64,000 bases of DNA, taken from NCBI GenBank assembly GCA_963796455.1, contig CAWCLO010000004.1, forward strand, positions 1,088,001-1,152,000, in the 5' to 3' direction. Of the stretch, positions 52,001 to 60,241 are shown in pieces; the stretch's first letter is position 1; every line of letters starts with the position of its first letter. Origin of the DNA: Candidatus Sulfomarinibacteraceae bacterium. GTDB lineage: Bacteria > Acidobacteriota > Thermoanaerobaculia > Thermoanaerobaculales > Sulfomarinibacteraceae. Made by a program: the position numbers and the translations under genes. The notes under the pieces are model-generated. The model was not told where the DNA came from. It saw nothing but the letters and a program-made list of their open reading frames with translations, and ran no database searches.

Positions 52001-55000
52001 GCAAAAACGAGCGGCGACTCGCGGTTTACAATGGCGGAGACGCAAGGCTCTTCGGGTGTCCCGAGTGCGAGGCCAGTTTGGTCCTCAGCGCAGAATTCGA
52101 TCGTGTTTTCGCCACGAACCAGAGGCACCTCGGCCACAAACCAGCCCCAATTTCCCTCGGACCTCAGCTGCTCGACGGCATAGAACGCGCGCACCGCCAT
52201 CGGGTTTTCCGTCGACATATTGGAGACCGTGATGACGTCGTGCCCGAGATTTTGGTCGGCATCGGTCACGCGAAAAGCGATTTCTCCCAGTGACTCCTCT
52301 TCCGGCGAATCGATGAGCACGGAATCGATGACAACATCCAGGTTTGGCGCAAGATTCGAAAAAGTGGAGTCCACGGTCAGAGGGGTGGTCGCACTGCCGG
52401 AGTCGCAATAAACGTAAGCAGAGAGGCTGTCGTTGATGAGACCACCACTGTCGTTGAGGATGTCCCTGCCGATTGCACCATAGGTATCGAATGAGGGCGA
52501 GACAGCCCGCCGGTAGAGGTCGTATTCGTCGTCGGCAAGGGTCATTGCAGGAAGTGACCATTCCCCATTGACATCCGTCCCTACGAACTGTCGATCCTGA
52601 CCTTCGAAATCGATGAGGTTGGCGTAAATGGCGTCGCTGTCATAGTCCTTGACGACGCGGTAGGTACGATCGCCATCCGTACAGTCAGGTGAGTAGCGGC
52701 TGACAGGGCCGACACCGCTCAGCGTAAACTCCGGCGTTGCGATCAAATCGCCGGTAAGAAAAGGCCTGAAGGGGCTGTACCTGACTCGGTCTTGGCCGTC
52801 AACCACGTTTTCGTGAATCACGATCAGTAAAGCCCGTTCGCTATATCCACCGTCTGGCGTCCGGACCTCGAATCGAAGCCCGTTGACTCCGAAGCGTGCC
52901 CCGTCGAGAGCGATCTGAATCCAGTCTTCACCCGAAGGAATAGTGACCTCGAGATCCGGATCCTCATTTCTTACCACGCACGCCGGCACATCTCGGCCCT
53001 GAAAATGATCGAGGTTTGCCGGCCACTCGATTCGGGCGTCTTCGCCAATACCATTCTTCTGCTGGAACGTTTCTTCGTTGAAGAAGACCCGTATGGTCGT
53101 CCCTGCGAGGGTCTGGCCGGGCTCGGCCTCCAGGCGAAGATCGAGGGAGCCCTCACACACCGTTTTGGTGGCACCGCTCGGGCAAGCCCAGTCGACCGAT
53201 AAAAGGCTGGGCACGACACGCGGAGCGGACCAAACCGGAATCTCCACCGGCAATCCAGGTCCCTGGTCGGTTCGCCCGAGATAAACGCCTCCGATCATAG
53301 TCGGCATGCGGTAGTGGTAGGTCGCGCCTTCGACCACCTGGCGATCGATAAAGAAATAGTCGGAAAGTGAATGTGGATAGTCTTCTATTCGATTCCACGT
53401 GGCGCCGCCGTCATCGCTCCGTTCGAGCCACGGTTGCTCGGGGCGTTCCCATCGAAGAAACACCCCGCCTGGCAAGGCGTAGGAAGTCTCGAATCCGCGA
53501 ACGTGTCCGTAGCCCGCCGCATCCAGGTCGACCTCAGCACTCGCGCATTCGTATCCCGTCAAACCGAAAACACAGGGCGGTTCAGCTCCCCGAAGATCGG
53601 GATCCGACGGCATGGCCTCCGGTGTCGCAATAACGACTCGCACCACGTAACCCGTATCTGCCTCGGACGAAGTGAAGCTTGTCGACAGCGACGAAGTGGA
53701 AGTGACGATCGGCATCGGATCTTCACCGTTAGCGGCCAGTACGGCGAGCCGGACTTCAAACCCGGCTGGCACCCGCGAGTCAGAGGCGTCAATATCGAAG
53801 ACGTCACCGTCGTAGAAAAATGTCCCCGGTAAGGGTAGATCTATAACCGCAGACGGCTCGTCGTCGACGATTGTCCCCGTGGCGACAAAAGATTCCCCGA
53901 GTGACGCCCCGACCGGGTTGCTCAGAACGACCGTGAACTCTTCGTCAGCCTCGGCCAGTTGATCGTTGGTGATTTCGATTTCGATCGTTCCGGCGGATTC
54001 TCCGGCGAGGATTTCCAGAACGCCTGAAACCGGAGTGAAGTCCTCACCCTCCGTCGCCGAGCCGCCTTCGGTCTCGAACTCGACACTTGCATCGACGCCG
54101 GAAACGGCTGACAACACGACCTCGAGTTCGAGGGTGCCGGCACCCTCGCTCACATCGACGGCCGACTGGGAGAACGCGATCTCTGGTGGAAGGTCGTTGT
54201 CTTCGATAGTAATCGTCGTTCGAATCTGATCACCGAGCACGGCGTTGATGGGGTTCGAGATCTCGATATCAAAGGTCTCGGTCCCTTCATACAGGTCGTC
54301 ATCGAAGAGATAGATTGGAATCGCACGGTTGTTCGACGGACCGTTGAACGACCATGACCCGTCCGGCGCCTGGAAGTCCTCACCAGCTACCGCTGTGCCA
54401 TTGGTCGAAGTGAGGGAAAAAACAACGCTGGTAAATGGCACCGTCGACAGGTAGGCGTGCGCTACGATTTGTCCGTCCCCCTCAGACGCTGAAAGTGCCG
54501 GACCTTCAAGTGTGATGATCGGGGGGTCGTCATCGATGATGTCGATGTTCTTCCACGAAGAGCCCTCGAGCACTGCTCCATCAATGGTGTCGAGTCGGAT
54601 TCTGAATGTATGGGGAGACACTTCACCAATCTCGTCGTCGACGATAGTGATCTGTATGGATCCATTCAGCTGCCCATCCGGAATAGTCGTCTCGCCAGAG
54701 ACGGGGAAGAAATCAACGCCCCCTTCCGCCGTAAGGTCCGTTGTCGACCACAGGACCGTGACCTGAGAATCGCTGGCAAAGGACAGCTCCAACTGAATCT
54801 CGATCAGACCCGCCGCCTCTTCCACGCTGTAGGATTGGTCGGCAAAACTCAGGCTCGGAGGGTCGGGAATCTGGGTGCTCCATGACGACAGGTCCCCTGA
54901 CTCAAAACCGTCGTAGAAGATCTGTTCCTGGGCTTCGCCCCAAGCCCCGGCTGACGCACTCACGATTAATAGTAGAATCGCGATCCGCGTCACATGCGGC

Positions 55001-55017
55001 GCCGGGTGGGACATCAC
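46082..55017 (-). CDS. Giant (~2,980 aa) exoprotein: DGFES motif, 3 Calx-beta, Ig/FN3/PPC-like domains, C-terminal split SLT lytic transglycosylase; one frameshift near 48670
   Basis: ORFs 48571-55017 and 46082-48643 join by adding one base in a G-run (GRFGGSAESYKGTAVWVSK). Calx-beta TAxxGxDF repeats; ALILKESGF, FGLMQ and GDYNG motifs. Confidence 0.78.
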
Positions 55018-55252
55018 TCCTCCTTTATACCTTGAAAATCCGGAGGATACTTTGCCGGTTTTGCCTTCATGGTGAACGGAGAACCCCTTTCACCCTCACG
55101 AAATCGCCCTCACTGAATACGATATGGCCCGACTCGTCCAACCGCAATGGGCCGATTGAGTGGTTTTTCTCATCAAAGTGAGTGGTTTTGCTCAAGTATT
55201 CGTCTGATTCTTGGACATTATGCGAGCAAAAGGGCCTGTTGTTCCGTAAAGG

Positions 55253-55371
55253 TAAAGGTGCCAGGTACGGGGGTATTGATGTTTTGGCTCACAACGGTTC
55301 CTCCGCTCGCGCGAGGATTGCTGAATCGACTTCATTCATCTTATCGCCGAACTGGCTGTCCTCGACTCTGA
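55253..55371. repeat. 119-bp tandem duplication of the transposon end
   Basis: 55253-55371 is identical to 55372-55490 (end repeat plus the 3' tail of the transposase gene). Confidence 0.93.
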
Positions 55372-56476
55372 TAAAGGTGCCAGGTACGGGGGTATTGATG
55401 TTTTGGCTCACAACGGTTCCTCCGCTCGCGCGAGGATTGCTGAATCGACTTCATTCATCTTATCGCCGAACTGGCTGTCCTCGACTCTGAGGTCAGAGGC
55501 CTTGCTCACCCATCGGCTCGCTGTTTCGATGTACTTGTTAAGGCCGAAAGCCATCTCCTTGACCGAAAACCCATACAATTCGACGCCAAGCCACGCAAGT
55601 GTCATCCGAGCCGTTACGATCGGCTCACTTCGTTTTCGACTCCTGAGGTCATTCAACGAGATGCCGCAAGCTTCTGCACCCAGTCCGAGGAATTGTTCCA
55701 GGTCGACCTTGGGTCTCACCATGACTGTGCTCAGTCCATCCATGCCGATTCTCGGTCGATTCTGGTCAACCGCGATTTCATCTCCACTTGCTTGTTTTGG
55801 AGGACGACCGATTCGCCACCACGGAAGCCGACCTGGGCCCTCCTTCTGCCACTCCTCTGAACGCCCATGCGTCATCGCTGCTCGGTATCCAGCTTTTGCT
55901 CGACTACGGTTTGGATCGAAAGCAAAAAGCGTTTCGTCTCGATCGATGAGTCCCCGTCCGACGGCCCTGCCGATCACCTCCCGATGACCGCTCCATCGGT
56001 ATTTAGCTGGGTTCGGAACGATTCCGGCAGTCACTGGGTTGAGGTGGATGTATGCAATCAGTTTTCTGAGGTATTCAGGATCATCCACGAACCGGGAACG
56101 ATAGCGACCCTGCCAAAACGGACCAAAGACCCGATGACGGCCGTTGTAGCTCTGCGAAAACCGGTGATGGATGGTTCGCATCGAACGCGACAGCGCCACC
56201 TCTCCCATACGAACGGCAAGGTGGTAGTGGTTGGACATGATGCACCAGGCCAGGATCTGAAGATCATCCCGCTTTTTCACCCTGGCGATAAGATCCTCTA
56301 GGCGCTCCGCTTCATCCTCGTTGCGAAAGATGTGCTCACCGCGGGAAACCCGGTTGTAAACGTGATAGATGCCGCCCGCAACCAGAATCCTCGGCCGTCG
56401 TCCCATGTTTTGACCCCACCAGAATGAATTGGTGGAGGGATCATAACATCAATACCCCCGTACCTGGCACCTTTAT
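55371..56476 (-). mobile_element. HUH/Y1 transposase element, copy 1, with perfect 32-bp terminal inverted repeats
   Basis: ATAAAGGTGCCAGGTACGGGGGTATTGATGTT at 55371-55402; its reverse complement at 56445-56476. Confidence 0.9.
55408..56406 (-). CDS. Y1 (IS200-like/RAYT-type) HUH transposase with C-terminal HTH
   Basis: YHVYNR, CIMSNHYHL (HUH), FWQGRY, YIHLNPV and YRWS motifs. Confidence 0.93.
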   Translation of the reverse strand: MGRRPRILVAGGIYHVYNRVSRGEHIFRNEDEAERLEDLIARVKKRDDLQILAWCIMSNHYHLAVRMGEVALSRSMRTIHHRFSQSYNGRHRVFGPFWQGRYRSRFVDDPEYLRKLIAYIHLNPVTAGIVPNPAKYRWSGHREVIGRAVGRGLIDRDETLFAFDPNRSRAKAGYRAAMTHGRSEEWQKEGPGRLPWWRIGRPPKQASGDEIAVDQNRPRIGMDGLSTVMVRPKVDLEQFLGLGAEACGISLNDLRSRKRSEPIVTARMTLAWLGVELYGFSVKEMAFGLNKYIETASRWVSKASDLRVEDSQFGDKMNEVDSAILARAEEPL

Positions 56477-56531
56477 GTGGCACCTTTACCTTTATGGCAT
56501 TTTCTTTGTTTACCTTTACGAAACTATGTTG

Positions 56532-57536
56532 TCAATCGTGGAGGTACGAAACGTTTCGAGATCCGTTGGGATTCAGATACAAAAGCAATGCTGCGCGAGC
56601 AACTTCACGATCATTTTCGAGCGCGATAATCGGCCGACCTGTCACCATACCCTTCCCATAATTGCCCTGAACCTTGAAGTAGAAATAGACCGTCGACGGG
56701 CTTCTTGCGGCCGACAACTCGAGGTTGTCCTGATAACCGGATTCGGGTGCTTCGGTCATTCCTCGCATCCCGATTTCGGGCCATACACCCACCTCTCCGG
56801 GATCGTAAACAACAAAACCATCGCCGTCATCGAGGTCATTGAATCTGAGCCAACCGAGGCCTAGACCCTTTCTGGCACGGCTGTCGCCCTTCTTCTTGAA
56901 CTCTGCGGCAGGCAGTCGGGAGTTTTTGCCCTGGTCCGCTTCAAGATAAACGTACGGCCAACTCAACTCCTGCTTCTTCCCGTCTTTGATGAGCCAGGTT
57001 TCTCCGGCTGTCTGGCGTTTGACACCGACGACCAACACCGGGCCCTGATACTCGGCCCCGAGTATCCCCTCATGTTTCTTCAAAGCAACCGGAATAGGTT
57101 CCTTTTGTAGAACGATTTCGATATCCAATTTTTCAACCCCACCGGGATTTTGTCGGGGAACCTCTGGATGGAATGCAAACGACCATATTTCCGGGTAATA
57201 GCCGTCCTTCAGTATTGAGAGGTTGACAGAGGAAATCCGGCGTCGACTTATTCGAAAATCTCCGTCGACTTCGATGCGCTTATAGTCGATCTTCCTGTTG
57301 GATACTTGATCACCAAGATCCCGAAAATAGTACTTAACCGCAACTTCACTCAACGGCGTGCCGTTCTCGGAGACAACTCGACCACGGATATCGACGTCGC
57401 CAACATGAGAATCTACGATTTCCCGATCAATCTCAAGTAGAGATTCCTGAGATTCTTGGGCGCACGCAGAGCATACGAACAAGAACAGAAAACCCGAGAC
57501 TGGAATCAAGAGGCGTCCAATTACTATCTCCCTCAT
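56532..57536 (-). CDS. Secreted or lipoprotein, putative immunity protein for the upstream hydrolase toxin tip
   Basis: Signal peptide (VCSACA); starts 4 nt after the inferred stop of the toxin fragment; paralog at 37865-38875. Confidence 0.7.
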   Translation of the reverse strand: MREIVIGRLLIPVSGFLFLFVCSACAQESQESLLEIDREIVDSHVGDVDIRGRVVSENGTPLSEVAVKYYFRDLGDQVSNRKIDYKRIEVDGDFRISRRRISSVNLSILKDGYYPEIWSFAFHPEVPRQNPGGVEKLDIEIVLQKEPIPVALKKHEGILGAEYQGPVLVVGVKRQTAGETWLIKDGKKQELSWPYVYLEADQGKNSRLPAAEFKKKGDSRARKGLGLGWLRFNDLDDGDGFVVYDPGEVGVWPEIGMRGMTEAPESGYQDNLELSAARSPSTVYFYFKVQGNYGKGMVTGRPIIALENDREVARAALLLYLNPNGSRNVSYLHD

Positions 57537-57540
57537 CCGA

Positions 57541-58348
57541 CTACTCCGTTCCGGCAGGAATTATGCCGTTTGGTTGTTCATCCGTTTTCACCGAAAAGTT
57601 TTGGTACCACCGCCAAATCTCGGCAGGCGGCCCCTCGAAACCAGCTATGTTCTTTTGGTCGCCAGCCGAAAAGCGAAGAATCAATACTATAGAAGTTCTC
57701 AGCCGAAGACTCACCTTGGTTTATACTCGGCCATCCCAGCGGGTTTGCTAACCTTCTTAAAAACAATGACACGCCACCGTTGGGGAAGTCAGGATTGGCA
57801 TGGCGGGGATTTCGTACCAAAGGTCTGGACGATTCCCTGGTTCATGCACCTGAAAGTCATCTGCTACGGGAACCCTGTTGCTCTGGCTAATCCGCGTCCA
57901 ATTATCCTCCTCACCCTGGGACAATTATCGTTTCCAGGATCCTCGAACTGGGGCAACGTGGTCCTACTAAGAGGAAGGGCGTCGTTGTATTTCATCAGTT
58001 CGAGCACGAAGTCCTCTGAGGCAAAGCTGTTGAATAGCGCATCCATCTGCTCTGATACCGGGTGCCCCTCTTGACCAAACCAGAACGCCCAAGATCCACG
58101 CATTAACTCCTCGACAGAGAAGCTGACGGTGCGCGCTGTAGATTGCCGGGCGCTGATCCCACAGAGTTTCTTCCAAATTGCCGCTTCAACGGAGATCATA
58201 TTGTGGATGAGCTTCTGGTCACTCTCGACTGAATTTAACCGCAAGGCGTCAAGGGTCACGAGATTCCCGAGACTATGAACTAAAAGGTTCACGTTCTCTC
58301 GCTCAGCACCCCATTCACCCAGCACTATTTCTCAAAGAAACTGCTTTG
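57541..58348 (-). pseudogene. 5'-truncated, frameshifted alpha/beta-hydrolase (DUF900/lipase-like) toxin C-terminus
   Basis: VNLLVHSLGNLV nucleophile elbow, SVEAAI, SEDFVL and KEHSW across ORFs 57864-58325 and 57578-57820; begins at the transposon end at 58349. Confidence 0.65.
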
Positions 58349-59448
58349 TAAAGGTGCCAGGTACGGGGGTATTGATGTTTTGGCTCACAACGGTTCCTCC
58401 GCTCGCGCGAGGATTGCTGAATCGACTTCATTCATCTTATCGCCAAACAGGCTGTCCTCGACTCTGAGATCCGAGGCCTTGCTCACCCATCGGCTCGCTG
58501 TTTCGATGTACTTGTTAAGGCCGAAAGCCATCTCCTTGACCGAAAACCCATACAATTCGACGCCAAGCCACGCAAGTGTCATCCGAGCCGTTACGATCGG
58601 CTCACTTCGTTTTCGACTCCTGAGGTCATTCAACGAGATGCCGCAAGCTTCTGCACCCAGTCCGAGGAATTGTTCCAGGTCGACCTTGGGTCTCACCATG
58701 ACTGTGCTCAGTCCATCCATGCCGATTCTCGGTCGATTCTGATCAACCGCGATTTCATCTCCACCTGCTTGTTTTGAAGGACGACCGATTCGCCACCACG
58801 GAAGCTGACCTGGGCCCTCCTTCTGCCACTCCTCTGTACGCCCATGCGTCATCGCTGATCGGTATCCAGCTTTTGCTCGACTACGGTTTGGATCGAAAGC
58901 AAAAAGCGTTTCGTCTCGATCGATGAGTCTCCGTCCAACGGCCCTGCCGATCACCTCCCGATGACCGCTCCATCGGTATTTAGCTGGGTTCGGAACGATT
59001 CCGGCAGTCACTGGGTTGAGGTGGATGTAGGCAATCAGCTTCCTCAGGTATTCAGGATCATCCACGAACCGGGAACGATAGCGACCCTGCCAAAACGGAC
59101 CAAAAACCCGATGACGTCCGTTGTAGCTCTGCGAAAACCGGTGATGGATCGTTCGCATCGAACGCGACAGCGCCACCTCTCCCATTCGAACCGCAAGGTG
59201 GTAGTGGTTGGACATGATGCACCAGGCCAGGATCTGAAGATCATCCCGCTTCTTCACCCTGGCGATAAGATCCTCTAGGCGCTCCGCCTCATCCTCGTTG
59301 CGAAAGATGTGCTCACCGCGCGAAACCCGGTTGTAAACGTGATAGATGCCACCCGCAACCAGAATCCTCGGCCGTCGTCCCATGTTTTGACCCCACCAGA
59401 ATTGGTGGAGGGATCATAACATCAATACCCCCGTACCTGGCACCTATA
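58349..59448 (-). mobile_element. HUH/Y1 transposase element, copy 2
   Basis: End repeats at 58349-58379 and 59418-59445 (28 bp perfect); near-identical to copy 1 and in the same orientation. Confidence 0.9.
58385..59383 (-). CDS. Y1 (IS200-like/RAYT-type) HUH transposase, copy 2
   Basis: 332 aa, only a handful of substitutions relative to 55408-56406. Confidence 0.93.
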   Translation of the reverse strand: MGRRPRILVAGGIYHVYNRVSRGEHIFRNEDEAERLEDLIARVKKRDDLQILAWCIMSNHYHLAVRMGEVALSRSMRTIHHRFSQSYNGRHRVFGPFWQGRYRSRFVDDPEYLRKLIAYIHLNPVTAGIVPNPAKYRWSGHREVIGRAVGRRLIDRDETLFAFDPNRSRAKAGYRSAMTHGRTEEWQKEGPGQLPWWRIGRPSKQAGGDEIAVDQNRPRIGMDGLSTVMVRPKVDLEQFLGLGAEACGISLNDLRSRKRSEPIVTARMTLAWLGVELYGFSVKEMAFGLNKYIETASRWVSKASDLRVEDSLFGDKMNEVDSAILARAEEPL

Positions 59449-59467
59449 TAATATTACTTTAACTGTT

Positions 59468-60241
59468 TTATTGACACCATTTACCGAAAGTACCGTGAAC
59501 ACCCATGTTCAAAAAGATGCCGTCATTATTCAATGATTCGGAATGATCCAATTCTCTGAAATAGTCCGATTCATCTATGATGACCAAATTACTATTTTCG
59601 CGACCTAAATCAAGAAAAAATTTTCCCTCAAAATCATTGTCTAATATTATCCCGGTTCCGTCGTTCAAAATGGAAACAGATCTAACGCGACATTCCATTT
59701 CATTCCAAGGAAATTCAATCCGTCTTAAGATTTCACTTTCCTTGAACTGAATGATATTTACTTGTGTCTCTTTATCTCGATATGGATAGCCAGATATGTC
59801 TATACAAAACCATGTATCGTTAACTCTAACAAAGCTATCCCACAACTGCACGGGATTATGCACCGTCAAAAAGGGAAGTGGAACTACGTTCCCGTTACGC
59901 TGAATTGAATACTTTGCATTTACGAAATCTGAACGCCACATTTTCCCATCAACAGCCAATACATACCGCCCGCGTTCCAGCACTGTTACCACAACTCTTT
60001 CATCTATTCCGTTTGACTTCTTACAAACAGCCATCTCAAAAACGTGTTCTTTTTCGAATTCTGGAGAACAACCACAATAAACTGAAACGAGAATAAATAT
60101 TCCAAAAAAATTACTGAATATCCAAAAAGAATTAGATAAATTTTCGAAAACACGATCAAACTTTTGATGAGGTTCAACAGATATTAAATCGACAATATTT
60201 GAATTCAGAATCATTCTAAACCTTTGGTTAGATATATTCAC
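59468..60241 (-). CDS. AT-rich hypothetical, putative lipoprotein immunity protein of the RHS toxin
   Basis: GTGA overlap with the RHS stop; hydrophobic stretch then VYCGC; visibly much more AT-rich than the window. True start may be internal. Confidence 0.6.
   Translation of the reverse strand: MNISNQRFRMILNSNIVDLISVEPHQKFDRVFENLSNSFWIFSNFFGIFILVSVYCGCSPEFEKEHVFEMAVCKKSNGIDERVVVTVLERGRYVLAVDGKMWRSDFVNAKYSIQRNGNVVPLPFLTVHNPVQLWDSFVRVNDTWFCIDISGYPYRDKETQVNIIQFKESEILRRIEFPWNEMECRVRSVSILNDGTGIILDNDFEGKFFLDLGRENSNLVIIDESDYFRELDHSESLNNDGIFLNMGVHGTFGKWCQ

Noticed and set aside
55371..59448. IS605/TnpB or IscB RNA-guided system
   Set aside because: No RuvC-containing ORF lies beside either transposase.
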